From NCBI GenBank assembly GCA_028376655.1, contig JAONAZ010000001.1:40784-104783 (forward strand): a stretch of DNA of 64,000 nucleotides, in the 5' to 3' direction. Made by a program: the position numbers and the translations under genes. Numbering within the stretch: the first letter of the stretch is position 1; each line of letters opens with the position of its first letter. Below the pieces are notes generated by a model, which did no database searches, was not told the origin of the DNA, and worked only from the letters and a program-made list of their open reading frames with translations. This DNA comes from Acidimicrobiia bacterium (GTDB lineage Bacteria > Actinomycetota > Acidimicrobiia > Actinomarinales > Actinomarinaceae). Below are positions 1-10,861 of the stretch, one piece after another.

Positions 1-626
1 TTAGATTCTAAAAGACACCATATTAAAAAGAAATAAAAAATTGAGACAAATACTAGATTTACAAAATGTAACAAAATGAAATTATTATCAAACCAAAAAA
101 AAGAGTTTATATATTCACTAAGAGAAGAGTAGCCATATCTCATATAAACATTCCCCAGGCCAAGAACTACCTTTTCTGTCCTAATGTATAATTGATTATT
201 CAAATGGTAAGAAGCAGCATCTTGATGGAAGGAAATAGTGTTGCTGGAGACAGATAGGATAATTAAAGATAATATTCGAACAAATGAAATGCTTAAATTG
301 AATTCTCTAATCTGTGCTTTTCTTAAATTAAAAAAGAGTGGGATAAGTGAAAGGATATAAACAATATTATTAACTCCAGTTGTAAAGAAGTTAGAAATCA
401 AAACTAAATGTCCTATATAGAACAGAGCAATCACTGGATTAAGAATCCTTATTGGGAATCCATTTATTTTGTGATTTGAGATATTTGGTATCTTCAATAT
501 ATCTTCAGCGAAGATAATTATTCCTCTACCAATTAAGTATAAAAGGGCATAAAAAATGACATATACAAAAGCATTTATCATTTTATTGATTATAACAACC
601 TTTGGAATCCCAAATAATATATTCAT
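1..626 (-). CDS. partial polytopic membrane protein; ATG at 626-624, C-terminus lies beyond the window start
   Basis: Manual minus-strand translation from the ATG at 626 stays open to position 1. The product is very hydrophobic (MNILFGIPKVVIINKMINAFVYVIFYALLYLIG...). It is absent from the ORF track because no stop falls in the window. Confidence 0.35.
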   Translation of the reverse strand, partial: MNILFGIPKVVIINKMINAFVYVIFYALLYLIGRGIIIFAEDILKIPNISNHKINGFPIRILNPVIALFYIGHLVLISNFFTTGVNNIVYILSLIPLFFNLRKAQIREFNLSISFVRILSLIILSVSSNTISFHQDAASYHLNNQLYIRTEKVVLGLGNVYMRYGYSSLSEYINSFFWFDNNFILLHFVNLVFVSIFYFFLIWCLLES

Positions 627-686
627 TTATTTTATTTCTGTAAAAATTCACAAGTAGAATAAAAACTAATTGAAAAAATTAAGAAT

Positions 687-2315
687 ATGAAATTAAAAAA
701 TAATCTTTACAGAAACATTTATTCACTCTCTATAGGTTTTTTAACTTACTTATATATATTTGGAAATAACTTTCTTTTTTCAGATACTTCTTTTTTTTAC
801 ACTAAAGACCATCCAATGTTTCATGCTGGATATCTGTCATATATAAATGATGGGTGGAATTTTCCTCTAACAGTTACTAATAATCTATTCCCTGGTAGCA
901 ATTTTTCAATTATTTTTATGGACTCTATACCGATATACAGTCTATTTTTGAAAATAATTTATAGTACTTTTGGTGTAAAAGTATTTAACCCATTTCCAAT
1001 TTGGTATCTTATCTGTTTTATGTTGTTTGCCTTTTATGCCGGAAAAATCTTGAGTATTAAAGTAAAAAATAATTACATATTTGGAATGAGTTTAATATTA
1101 CTGGTTAATACTCCATTGATGGTCAACAGAATGGTTTGGCACTCAGCTCTAGCTGCTCATTGGCTAATATTGGTCAGTATTTACTACTATATAATCAATA
1201 AAGAAAACGATTTTAAATCATTAGGTATTTTTGCTTTTTTCACGGGGTTTTCAATATTTATACACCCTTACATCTTTACAATGATCACATCGATATACAT
1301 AGTTGTTTTATCCTTAGCTTTTTTAAGAAAAAAATACAAAGAAGCAATAAGCTCGATAGGTTTATTTGCCTTTCTTTTAATTGTTTATTTCTTTATATTT
1401 TTATCAGTAGACAATGGAAGCGTTTACCCAGGAACAGACTACAACAAATACGGAGCTGAATTTAATTCTTTCTTTTGTGGAGATTTTCCTATCGATTTGA
1501 TAAATGATGTTTTATGGTGCTATCCACCCTATACAACATTTGGACATGAAGGATATGCTTATTTAGGTTTGGGTTTTATTTTTTTACTTTCTTTGTTGGT
1601 TTTTCAACCTAAAAAAATATATTTTTCAATAAAAACAAATTACTTGTTGAGTTTTGGTTTATTTTTAATGGTAATTTATTCATTTGGAAACAAATGGAAA
1701 ATAGCTCACTATCAATTTTTTGAATTTCAACCATTGTTTTTTCATAAAGAATTACTTGAATTATTTAGAGCTACTGGAAGATATACATGGCCGGTTTGCT
1801 ATTTTCTTATGGTGTTTTTGATATTTAACGTAGCTTCACTGAAAAGAAAATATTTAGCATATGTTCTCCTTACATTCTCATTAATATTTCAGATAACAGA
1901 TATGAACAATATCTATGAAAGCAAATCTGAGTTGTTTCAAGTGAATACCTCTACAGAAGTTCAATCTCTGATGGCAAAAAATATTTATATGGAACACCCC
2001 GAACAAACCCTTTATTTACTACCTGATGAAACGTGTGCTTGGGGAGAGATTGATCACTACATTGTGGCACTTTACTACTTAAACCAAGGAGGGTCTATCC
2101 ACTCAACTAGAACCGCAAGACTAAAAATAAATACTGCATCTTGTAAGGGCTATAAAGTAAAAAATGATGTAGAAGAAAAAAATCCATTTCATTTTCTCTT
2201 GAATGACATTGCCTTGATTGAAGGAACTGACATTAAAAATCAATATAGCTGTATCCCTATTGAGAGTTTTGTAGAAAGCAACAGGAGACCTGTTTACTGT
2301 AAAAAAAACTCTTAA
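687..2315 (+). CDS. polytopic membrane protein (GT-C/Wzy-like, unknown function) with a C-terminal soluble domain
   Basis: 542-aa ORF with many predicted TM helices in the first ~400 aa and a hydrophilic tail. It sits in a glycosyltransferase cluster. Confidence 0.55.
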   Translation: MKLKNNLYRNIYSLSIGFLTYLYIFGNNFLFSDTSFFYTKDHPMFHAGYLSYINDGWNFPLTVTNNLFPGSNFSIIFMDSIPIYSLFLKIIYSTFGVKVFNPFPIWYLICFMLFAFYAGKILSIKVKNNYIFGMSLILLVNTPLMVNRMVWHSALAAHWLILVSIYYYIINKENDFKSLGIFAFFTGFSIFIHPYIFTMITSIYIVVLSLAFLRKKYKEAISSIGLFAFLLIVYFFIFLSVDNGSVYPGTDYNKYGAEFNSFFCGDFPIDLINDVLWCYPPYTTFGHEGYAYLGLGFIFLLSLLVFQPKKIYFSIKTNYLLSFGLFLMVIYSFGNKWKIAHYQFFEFQPLFFHKELLELFRATGRYTWPVCYFLMVFLIFNVASLKRKYLAYVLLTFSLIFQITDMNNIYESKSELFQVNTSTEVQSLMAKNIYMEHPEQTLYLLPDETCAWGEIDHYIVALYYLNQGGSIHSTRTARLKINTASCKGYKVKNDVEEKNPFHFLLNDIALIEGTDIKNQYSCIPIESFVESNRRPVYCKKNS

Positions 2316-2331
2316 CGAAAGTAACCTGAAA

Positions 2332-3954
2332 TTAGCCCAACTTACATTTTTGTAAGTAGCTAAGGTCTAATTCAGTGTTTCTGAGCCGAGTTGTGACTTT
2401 TTCTATAACCTCACATTCATAATTAAAATTATTGTTATAAAAACCACATGTATCAAAATTTAACATTGGTCTTCTTATGTTAATCAGATAAAAATCTTCT
2501 CCTTTTTTTATTTGCTTAACATCCAAAGCTTCTATTCTGTCATCTAAATAGGGTATGAAGACATTTGTAGGCTCACATGTGAAAATACTTGGATATTGCT
2601 CTAAAAGTATTTGTTTAGAAAGCTGCTTTCCTGAGTAACCCCAATAATCTGTTGGCCAATCTCCACAGCCATCTATTTGCTTACAGTCTCTGCTTATATT
2701 ATCTTCATCTGAAAATTCATTAAAATAAGTATATTTAAAAGGTCCTAATCCAGCTTGAGTATAGAAAGAATAAATAATAATAAAAATTACTAAAACATTT
2801 CTATATTTTGTATCTTTAATTTTCAACAAGGCTTCGACAAGAAGAATGCTGTAAAAAGGTAGCAAAAAAATATACTGTCTGATTCCATCATAAGTTATCG
2901 GAAGAAAGAATATGAAGGCGAGATTGACAGAAATAATATAGTATGTTGAGTATCTAAATAATGGACTTGTTTTTCTAAAAACTATGGTTGATAGGAATAA
3001 AAAAATTAAAGCTATGTGATAAACAACGGGGAGTTTATAAAAAAACCAGGTTAAAAGATATGTAGGATCCATTTCAGATGCAATAATGAACTCTCCGTTC
3101 GTAAGAGTTGATCCCGGCCATACAAGAAAAAACTGCGTTTTTATTGTCTCTTTTAAATATAAAACCGGTTTTTGCCATGAAGAAGGTGATCCTAAGAAAA
3201 ATAAAATTATTGATATTGAATAAATTACTAAATTTTCTATAAGAAAAGATTTTTTCTTTTTACAAATTATGAATAAGTAAAAAGAAAACATTCCTACAAA
3301 TAATATCCCACTAAAACGAATTAGTAGAACTGAAGAGATCAACAATATAGAAAAAAAGTTTTGAAACAGTCTAGTGGATGATTGTTCCGTCTCAAACAAT
3401 GATGTCTTAAGTAAATAAAGTGAAGTTATGAAAAGTTGTAGAGCGAATGGTATATCTTTTATATTAAATAGAGCGTGACCACTAAATGAAGGGATCATTA
3501 TTAGAAACAAAATAACTAATAAAGCGTTGTACCTACTATAAAAATTTAATAACAATTTATACGCTACGACAATTGCTATAACTATATAGATATTTAAAGT
3601 AATAAATCTTATAATATTTTCTTGATCAAATACATTCAATGGTGTGTACCCGTAGAGGAAGAGGACTTCGCTTAGTAGGCTTTGAACAAATTCGTTCTTT
3701 GTTAACACATACACCGGTATCCCAACAAGATATCCATAAAATTCAAGATTAAAATCAAATTCAGAGATAAAAGGATTAGAGGGTTCCTTGAAAAAAAGAG
3801 AAGCTTTTTCAATAATTCTTTGGGAAGTTTCTATTAATTTTTGGTCATCCCAAGTTGTGCCGCCAGAAAAAAGAGATTTAAACTGATTGTGGAGAAAGAA
3901 TGACAAAGTTAAAAATAGTAATAAACTCTCATTTTGAATTTTTTTCATATACAT
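2332..3954 (-). CDS. polytopic membrane protein, possible GT-C-type (ArnT/PMT-like) glycosyltransferase
   Basis: 540-aa hydrophobic ORF, convergent with the previous gene. No diagnostic motif was recognised. Confidence 0.5.
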   Translation of the reverse strand: MYMKKIQNESLLLFLTLSFFLHNQFKSLFSGGTTWDDQKLIETSQRIIEKASLFFKEPSNPFISEFDFNLEFYGYLVGIPVYVLTKNEFVQSLLSEVLFLYGYTPLNVFDQENIIRFITLNIYIVIAIVVAYKLLLNFYSRYNALLVILFLIMIPSFSGHALFNIKDIPFALQLFITSLYLLKTSLFETEQSSTRLFQNFFSILLISSVLLIRFSGILFVGMFSFYLFIICKKKKSFLIENLVIYSISIILFFLGSPSSWQKPVLYLKETIKTQFFLVWPGSTLTNGEFIIASEMDPTYLLTWFFYKLPVVYHIALIFLFLSTIVFRKTSPLFRYSTYYIISVNLAFIFFLPITYDGIRQYIFLLPFYSILLVEALLKIKDTKYRNVLVIFIIIYSFYTQAGLGPFKYTYFNEFSDEDNISRDCKQIDGCGDWPTDYWGYSGKQLSKQILLEQYPSIFTCEPTNVFIPYLDDRIEALDVKQIKKGEDFYLINIRRPMLNFDTCGFYNNNFNYECEVIEKVTTRLRNTELDLSYLQKCKLG

Positions 3955-4007
3955 TTATATTTATTATTTAATATAACATTTAACTGTAGTATATTTATGA
4001 TAAGTTT

Positions 4008-4946
4008 ATGGTAAATGCCCCAATAGTATGTTTTGGATTTGATAGGCCTCATCATTTAGAAAATATGTTAACTTCATTGGAAATGAACTCCGAATCTTCT
4101 AAGAGTGATGTTTATATATGCATAGATGGACCGTCAGAAAAAACTGACATTTCTTTACACGAACAAACTAAAAATGTTGCAAAGAAAAATTGGAGATTTA
4201 AATCTACCACATTAATTTTTAGAGAAAATAATTTAGACTGTCGGACAAATATCATAACCACTATTTCTGAATTGTTTGAGAGCCATGAAGAGTTAATTAT
4301 ATTAGAAGACGATCTTGAGCTTGGTAAAAATTTTCTTAAGTTTATGAATGACTCTTTAGAAAAATACAAAGATAGTAACAACGTATGGCATGTTAATGGT
4401 TATGCATACCCTCAACTAAATTTTAAAAAAAGAGCAAGTATTGGGCGCTACATATCACCTTGGGGATGGGCAACCTGGAAAGATAAATGGGATATATTTG
4501 TTAAAAAAGATTATGACAAAACAAATATGATATCCCAACTAAGCGATGAAGAAAGAAACAAATTCAATGTTGAAAAACTATATGATTGGGAAAATATAAT
4601 TATTAAGAATGAAATTGGTGAAATAAGTGCCTGGGATGCATATTGGTATCAAGCGGTATTTTTGAACGATGGATATTCTATTTATCCAAACAAATCTCAT
4701 ATTAAAAATAAAGGATTTGATGGAACAGGGATGCACTGCTCAAATAATGATGATTGGAAAACCCCTTTGAACTCATCACAAACAAATCACTTCCCAAATA
4801 ATATTTCTGAAACTAAATTATTTAGATTCAATACATTGTTGTTCTATAGATATTACAATTTCAAAAGATATTTACGCTTTCACAAATCTAAAATAGAAAG
4901 CTTTGAGAATTTTAGGAATTTTCTTCGAAAAAAACTATCAATTTAA
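4008..4946 (+). CDS. GT-A fold glycosyltransferase (GnT-I/GT13-like, EDD motif)
   Basis: N-terminal IVCFGFDRP...YICIDGPSE and the acidic motif ILEDDLELGKNF resemble the EDD metal-binding motif of GnT-I-type transferases. Confidence 0.45.
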   Translation: MVNAPIVCFGFDRPHHLENMLTSLEMNSESSKSDVYICIDGPSEKTDISLHEQTKNVAKKNWRFKSTTLIFRENNLDCRTNIITTISELFESHEELIILEDDLELGKNFLKFMNDSLEKYKDSNNVWHVNGYAYPQLNFKKRASIGRYISPWGWATWKDKWDIFVKKDYDKTNMISQLSDEERNKFNVEKLYDWENIIIKNEIGEISAWDAYWYQAVFLNDGYSIYPNKSHIKNKGFDGTGMHCSNNDDWKTPLNSSQTNHFPNNISETKLFRFNTLLFYRYYNFKRYLRFHKSKIESFENFRNFLRKKLSI

Positions 4947-4947
4947 C

Positions 4948-5682
4948 TTAATAAAGCCTGCCTTCAGCATGGTTGCCGTCATAGTAAAACAGTGGTTCAT
5001 CAATGTACTGTAGGTCTGTATGCTCTAATATTCTTAACCAACAGTCATAATCTTCTGCCCAAGTTACATTGTTGAAACCATTTACCTTCTTCAATAAATC
5101 CAAACTCACTACTACGCTTGAAGTAATTACACAATTGTGGACTTTTAAAAATTCAAGTGAAAAATTACTTGGCAGTTCATTTTTAAATTTAAATTCAGTT
5201 TTTTTAAACTTCTTTTTTATGTCTTTAAAAAATTTCTGCTTATTATATAGCTTGTACTTATTATTATCAGAATATTCCCCATGACCAAAATATCCATCAG
5301 TAGAGGAAAAGGGGATTCCCATTTCCTCCATTATTGAAATCTGTTTTTGAAGTTTACCTGGTAGCCATAAATCGTCATCATCCAGAAATGCAACATATTC
5401 TCCCTTTGCCTGACTTATACCAATATTTCTTAATGACGCAATGTTTGCAGGGCCATTTTCATAATTTTTTTTTCTATCAACATCAAGGTCTAACCAATTT
5501 ACGAAATTTAATTTTTTCAGCGCACTTGATGAATATGATTCATCTGTTGATCCGTCGTTGATAATTATAACTTCTAATTTTCCATAATCCTGATTTTCTA
5601 CACTTTGAAATGCATTCAGTAAATATTTGTACCTGTTAAAAGTCGGAATAATAACGCTAACTTTGACATTATTTGAATTCAT
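4948..5682 (-). CDS. family 2 glycosyltransferase
   Basis: VSVIIPTFNRYKYLLNAFQSVENQDY...EVIIINDGSTD...FLDDDD is the classic GT2 N-terminal pattern with a DxD motif. Confidence 0.75.
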   Translation of the reverse strand: MNSNNVKVSVIIPTFNRYKYLLNAFQSVENQDYGKLEVIIINDGSTDESYSSSALKKLNFVNWLDLDVDRKKNYENGPANIASLRNIGISQAKGEYVAFLDDDDLWLPGKLQKQISIMEEMGIPFSSTDGYFGHGEYSDNNKYKLYNKQKFFKDIKKKFKKTEFKFKNELPSNFSLEFLKVHNCVITSSVVVSLDLLKKVNGFNNVTWAEDYDCWLRILEHTDLQYIDEPLFYYDGNHAEGRLY

Positions 5683-6542
5683 GTGCTTTTTCCTCTTTTG
5701 ACTTTACCAAACAATATTCTGGATTTCAGATAGGCAAAATTTATTAGTTCTCTAAATCTTAAAGTTAATAGTAATATTATTTTTTTGTTGTTAATTAAAG
5801 TCTGTACTGAATCTAAAAATTCATTTGGATATTTTAAATAAACATCTTTGTAAAAGTAAAGTTTATATTTTGCAACTCTCCACCTTGTGAAGTCATTCTT
5901 TTTTGAAGTGGTAAATTGAAAACGTTCGAACCTTTTGACAACTTTTAGCAAGTTCGAGTCTTTTAAGTGCATTTTGTAAACAGTTTCACAATTTAGGTAT
6001 TCAGGTATTGAGGAATTAAATAATCTAGTATCCAAATAATTGCATATATTTAAATACTCTTCTCCATACTTACTGGGAACTACCGCATGTCTATCACATA
6101 TTCCGGTATAGTTCTCCCCCTCTGGTATCCATATGTTTTCACCGGTAAATATGGGGTGGTTCATTATAAAAAATTGGTCGAAACGTGAATATATAAAATA
6201 ATCATATTTTTTTATGGTGTCTAAGTGGTTTTTACGAATAATATCTTTGATTGCAAAATGAACTGATCCGGAATTATATAGTCCAGTATCCTTTCCTAAT
6301 TCAAATACTTTTTTCCAGTCGCCATCAAAATTTTCTTTGTAATAATCAAACCAATCATCGTATCCATCGAATAGCCATTTATATTTAGCATTCCTGTATA
6401 AAGAAAGATTTTTATCTATAGTTTTTTCTGTGCATATTGCTAAATCTGCATTTAATGGCTTAAGAACATTCTTGTAAATTGTGCTCCAAGTTAGCTCTCC
6501 TCCCCTGGGCAACCCTACTAAAATTAATAAATATTTCTGCAC
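5679..6542 (-). CDS. hypothetical protein (glycan-locus accessory)
   Basis: 287-aa ORF overlapping the GT2 gene start by 4 bp, which suggests translational coupling. No confident family assignment. Confidence 0.4.
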   Translation of the reverse strand: MQKYLLILVGLPRGGELTWSTIYKNVLKPLNADLAICTEKTIDKNLSLYRNAKYKWLFDGYDDWFDYYKENFDGDWKKVFELGKDTGLYNSGSVHFAIKDIIRKNHLDTIKKYDYFIYSRFDQFFIMNHPIFTGENIWIPEGENYTGICDRHAVVPSKYGEEYLNICNYLDTRLFNSSIPEYLNCETVYKMHLKDSNLLKVVKRFERFQFTTSKKNDFTRWRVAKYKLYFYKDVYLKYPNEFLDSVQTLINNKKIILLLTLRFRELINFAYLKSRILFGKVKRGKST

Positions 6543-6650
6543 ATGTTTATCATAATATTTAAATTAAAGTTTTTTACAATTCACCTATTCTCTTGCTTAA
6601 ATACTTTTTTTTATAGTTTAGAAACACTCCAAAATTTAGTTACTATAAAA

Positions 6651-7490
6651 ATGATGAGAATAGATAAAGTTATACTTGCATCTGATAAGAATGATAAGTA
6701 CCTTTCCTTTTGGCCAAAGGTCAGTAAGGTGTGGAAAAATATCGGGATTGACCCAATACTTATTTTTGTTGGCACAGAACCTATAGATCTATGTAAAGAT
6801 GATAATGTTTTATTCTTTGATTCTAAGGAAATTAATCCTGGGTTTATTGCCAGAAATATCCGCATGCTTTACCCTGCTCTGTTTCCTAATGATATTTGTC
6901 TACTCTCTGATATTGATATAATGCCACTAGATAAAGATTACTTTTTGAAATATCCAAATAAATTGGATTCTGATTCTCTGTTAATTTTTAGAAGCAATTT
7001 AATTACGAATTCTCAGATTCCAATATGTTGGAATGCTGCCAAAGGAAGTCTGTGGGGTGAGGTTTTTAAAATATATGAAAAAAATGATATCTATAAAACT
7101 CTCTTAAAGTGGTCTGATGAAACAAAAAATGACTCTGATTCTGCCTGGTATAATGATCAAATTAAGCTGAAGTTCTATGTTGAAAAGCTCCAAATTGAGA
7201 AGCCAAACAAAGTGTTAAATTATGATGATGATGATTTTGGATTTAGGAGACTTGATAGGTCGAATTATACCCATGCTGTAAAATCGATCTTTAACAATGA
7301 AAAATATACAGACTTCCATATGCCAACTCCTTACACACGAAATAAATTACTTATTAAACTTGTCTCTGAATATTTTATATTTAAAAAAAAAGAGAGTTTA
7401 TTTTTGAAATATGTTCTTTTAACTTATGTATTAATAAAGAGATTAAAGTTGAATATCTCTAATAAATTGAAAGTTAAAACCGATGGTTAA
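6651..7490 (+). CDS. hypothetical protein (glycan locus); likely start is the internal ATG at 6651
   Basis: The track ORF starts at 6543, immediately abutting the divergent upstream gene. The MMRIDKVILASD start at 6651 is more plausible. Confidence 0.4.
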   Translation: MMRIDKVILASDKNDKYLSFWPKVSKVWKNIGIDPILIFVGTEPIDLCKDDNVLFFDSKEINPGFIARNIRMLYPALFPNDICLLSDIDIMPLDKDYFLKYPNKLDSDSLLIFRSNLITNSQIPICWNAAKGSLWGEVFKIYEKNDIYKTLLKWSDETKNDSDSAWYNDQIKLKFYVEKLQIEKPNKVLNYDDDDFGFRRLDRSNYTHAVKSIFNNEKYTDFHMPTPYTRNKLLIKLVSEYFIFKKKESLFLKYVLLTYVLIKRLKLNISNKLKVKTDG

Positions 7491-8499
7491 GAAGATAACT
7501 TACCCAAAATATACATCAAAAAGAACTTTGCCAAAAAATTTTAAAGAATCTGATAAGCAAATTTTTTATAGTGAGTTCAACAAAAAGTTCCCAGGAAGTT
7601 ACACGATTATAAAAAAAAATGTAAAAATCTTAAATTTAAATTTATCAAAATACAATAATTTATTTTCCTACACAGAACATACAAAAATGAGCAAATATTC
7701 AATAAAGGACAATTTAAAAAATTTTAAGAATAGTAATTTTTCAGCTGATATTCCAAAAAAAAATATAGCTATTATTGAAAAAGGTAGCTGGATAGTAGAC
7801 GAAAAAAGTTTTCATTATTTTCATTGGATGTGTGATGCTTTACCTAGATTGCTTCAGATAATCAGATACGTTGATGAATTCCCTGTTCTTTTACCTAGTT
7901 CCTTCACAAGATATAGCTACATAATAGAAACTCTAGAAACTTTAAATATAAATTATATAATTTATGAAGATAGCCAAAAATACTTAGTAAAAAATCTTCT
8001 TATTTCGAGCCATGTGGCTTCTTCTGGTAATTTTAATAAAGAGAATATTATAGAATTATCAAGAAAACTACAGTGTAACCAAAACGAGATTGGTAAAAAA
8101 ATTTGGGTAAGCAGAAAGTTGTCAAAACATAGAAAAATTAGTAATGAAAATGAACTATACCAAATTCTTAAAAAATACAATTACGATATTGTGTATCCTG
8201 AGAAGCTTAGTTTTAAAGAACAAGTGAACCTATTTTCAAACACCAAGGTTATATCAGGACTTCACGGCGGAGGTTTGACAAATATGTTATTCATGAAAAA
8301 AAACTCTATTGTTTTTGAACTTAGAAGAGAGAATGATAACGTAAATAATTGCTACTTTTCGTTAGCCTCTGAATTAGACTTAAAATATTATTATTCATTA
8401 GAAACCAAACTTGATGATGACCTATATGTTGGTAATGTGCATGTGAATGTTGATAATTTTAGGTCAATATTAGATATGATAGAAGATGAAATACTATAA
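7483..8499 (+). CDS. glycosyltransferase, DUF563/GT61-like
   Basis: HYFHWMCDALPRL and ISGLHGGGLTNMLFM match the HGxGLTN signature of DUF563/GT61 capsule-type transferases. Confidence 0.5.
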   Translation: MVKKITYPKYTSKRTLPKNFKESDKQIFYSEFNKKFPGSYTIIKKNVKILNLNLSKYNNLFSYTEHTKMSKYSIKDNLKNFKNSNFSADIPKKNIAIIEKGSWIVDEKSFHYFHWMCDALPRLLQIIRYVDEFPVLLPSSFTRYSYIIETLETLNINYIIYEDSQKYLVKNLLISSHVASSGNFNKENIIELSRKLQCNQNEIGKKIWVSRKLSKHRKISNENELYQILKKYNYDIVYPEKLSFKEQVNLFSNTKVISGLHGGGLTNMLFMKKNSIVFELRRENDNVNNCYFSLASELDLKYYYSLETKLDDDLYVGNVHVNVDNFRSILDMIEDEIL

Positions 8500-9952
8500 T
8501 TTTTTAACCAAACCTCATGCACAATTTTGGCTAAAAATATACACATCTATTATTTTCTTATACTCACTTTCTGGGTATTTGCTTAAAGCTTTTCCACACA
8601 ATACAACAGCAAATATTCTTCCTGGAATTGCTCCTCTAATAAATCTTGGAAAACCATATTTAGATTATTGGGATGTTTATCCACCAGGAATATATATGTT
8701 CTATTATTTTCTTTATTTCATTGGGGGAAATACTTTTTTATCATATGCGGTAGCTCATGTGCTTATGCTTTCTTTAATAATCTATTTTGCTTACAAATTA
8801 TTTAGATTTTTATCCGATGAACCTATTTTATTCTACATTGCTGTAAGTTATTTTTTAAGTCCATTATTTATCAGCTACACCTTGCCTAATGAAATAGTCG
8901 GCTTATTTTTTTCATTTTTGGGTCTATACATTTATACATCAAATAGTAGCGAGAGATTATATAATTTCTTTCTTGCTAATTTCTTTCTTATAACTGCAGC
9001 TTTTATAAAAGAAATATTCTTTCTGCCAGCATTTTGTGTAATTCTATACACCATTCTAAAAGGAGAGAGTCGCAAGTTTATATCTTCATTTTTAGGTTTG
9101 CTGGGAAGCTTGACATTGATTTATCTTTATATGCATAATCTCCAAATTTATAATGAGGTAATCCAAAATTATATTTTTAAATTTTCATTATTTAGTTTTG
9201 AAAATATTTTACAAAAAGGTTTTTTATTAATTGCCCCAGTACTTTTCTTATGTTTTTATGTAGTATTTTCTAAAAATAGCTCCATAAAAAAATTACTAAA
9301 AGAACTAGACCGTAGTTCTGTAATTTACTTCTATTCTGTTTTAATTCTTTTTTCTTTTTTAATTATTGGAAGAGATGATGGAGGTCATTTTGATATACCA
9401 AAAATTTTTCCTTTATTTTTTATTTTTATTCCAATGGTCAAGAAGGCTTCCCGTAACATGAAAATTCTATCTATATTATTGGTAATATTTGTTTCCGGAT
9501 ATTTCTTGAAATTCCAACACTCGACTTACTCATATTTATTAATCGAACCAAGCTTTAGTATAAGTGAAACTTATTCTCCCCCAGAAGTATCAAGAGACCT
9601 TGCAGATTCTCTTGAGAGGTTAAAGCCGTCAATTTTATATCTATATGGCTGGGGGAGCACTAATTTTTATTACAATCTTAACATACAACCCTATAGTAAA
9701 TATTGGATTGTAAATCCTCAAATTCTCACAACATTTCAAATTAATGAATTAAAGGAAGAGATTTCGATAGATCCACCTGAGTATATTTACTATTGTGGTT
9801 TTGATGCTAACTGCCAAGCTGGTTTTGATTATAAAAATTTTGAAGAAAACTACATTAACTTTTATGAAATTGTATCAAATTGTTATGTAAACATTGAGAA
9901 AAATTTTTATCATCTCCAGAAAAAATCTTGTCTCGAAAATATTAGATATTGA
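8486..9952 (+). CDS. polytopic membrane protein (possible GT-C-type mannosyl/arabinosyl-transferase-like)
   Basis: 488 aa, about 11 predicted TM helices followed by a hydrophilic C-terminal domain. Confidence 0.5.
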   Translation: MKYYNFLTKPHAQFWLKIYTSIIFLYSLSGYLLKAFPHNTTANILPGIAPLINLGKPYLDYWDVYPPGIYMFYYFLYFIGGNTFLSYAVAHVLMLSLIIYFAYKLFRFLSDEPILFYIAVSYFLSPLFISYTLPNEIVGLFFSFLGLYIYTSNSSERLYNFFLANFFLITAAFIKEIFFLPAFCVILYTILKGESRKFISSFLGLLGSLTLIYLYMHNLQIYNEVIQNYIFKFSLFSFENILQKGFLLIAPVLFLCFYVVFSKNSSIKKLLKELDRSSVIYFYSVLILFSFLIIGRDDGGHFDIPKIFPLFFIFIPMVKKASRNMKILSILLVIFVSGYFLKFQHSTYSYLLIEPSFSISETYSPPEVSRDLADSLERLKPSILYLYGWGSTNFYYNLNIQPYSKYWIVNPQILTTFQINELKEEISIDPPEYIYYCGFDANCQAGFDYKNFEENYINFYEIVSNCYVNIEKNFYHLQKKSCLENIRY

Positions 9953-10775
9953 AATATGCTGGTCTTTTTTTATAGTAATTTTTAAAAATACTATATTTAA
10001 CTCTATCTTTTATTCCATGACCTTTTTTACGTACTGCTAGTATCGGGTAATCAAACTGCATATCCTCTCTAGATCTAAAGTCGGTTTCATTTTCAATTCT
10101 CACACAACCATGTTTTTTACTTAACAAGCTTAAAATACTTTGATCATGTCTGCATTCCTCAAACCCATCAATCTGAATTGAATTGTTGTAGTGATCAGTT
10201 ATGAGGTTGTTATCTGCATCAACAACTTTAATAAATGTGTCTAGCAACTCAAGAGTGTGTTCATTTTTCTTAAAGAGCAAATGTCCACCCTCTAACTGTG
10301 TTGAGTTGCCGATCTCGGAGTCAATCGAAATCTTCAACTCAGAAAAAACTTCTTTTGATGTCCAAATCTTCTCTATATGGTGTTTTTCGGACTCAAATCG
10401 TAGGTTTCCAATTTCTCTAACTTCATTAATCATTTGTATATATTCGTAAAACCTCTTCTTTGCAAAATAGTTTAACGATGATCCTGCATCCATGTATAGT
10501 AAAATATCATTGTCCTTCATTTCCTTGAGTGTTTTATTGATGATATTGATCTTCCAAAGCCAATAACCTCCTCCTCTTTCATACTTAAGGATATTTAAAT
10601 ATTTTTTAACAAATTCATCATCTAGATCTTGTCGTGAATAAGAAATTACATTATCAAAGAATTTTGACTCTTGAGCCAGTGATGTTAAATGTTTCTTAGA
10701 AATATTAAATTCTGAAGTATCACTGTAAGTTATAAAGTTTATTCTTTGTTTCATTTTTTTTCTTAATTCAAACAT
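9942..10775 (-). CDS. hypothetical protein, possible nucleotide-sugar transferase
   Basis: 277-aa ORF with a GGGYWLWK...LLYMDAGS segment reminiscent of GT-A-like transferases. Weak. Confidence 0.4.
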   Translation of the reverse strand: MFELRKKMKQRINFITYSDTSEFNISKKHLTSLAQESKFFDNVISYSRQDLDDEFVKKYLNILKYERGGGYWLWKINIINKTLKEMKDNDILLYMDAGSSLNYFAKKRFYEYIQMINEVREIGNLRFESEKHHIEKIWTSKEVFSELKISIDSEIGNSTQLEGGHLLFKKNEHTLELLDTFIKVVDADNNLITDHYNNSIQIDGFEECRHDQSILSLLSKKHGCVRIENETDFRSREDMQFDYPILAVRKKGHGIKDRVKYSIFKNYYKKRPAYFNI

Positions 10776-10861
10776 AGCTTGTTTTGAATTAAAAATAATC
10801 CATAAAAAATTTATTGTTAAATTAAATAAAAATTTTAATTAAATGTAATCTTGTTAATAAT

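Noticed and set aside
5679-6542. Possible sulfotransferase assignment for ORF 5679..6542 (LVGLPRGGELTW resembling a 5'-PSB P-loop)
   Set aside because: The match to the PKxGTT sulfotransferase motif is too weak to support a call. Left as hypothetical.
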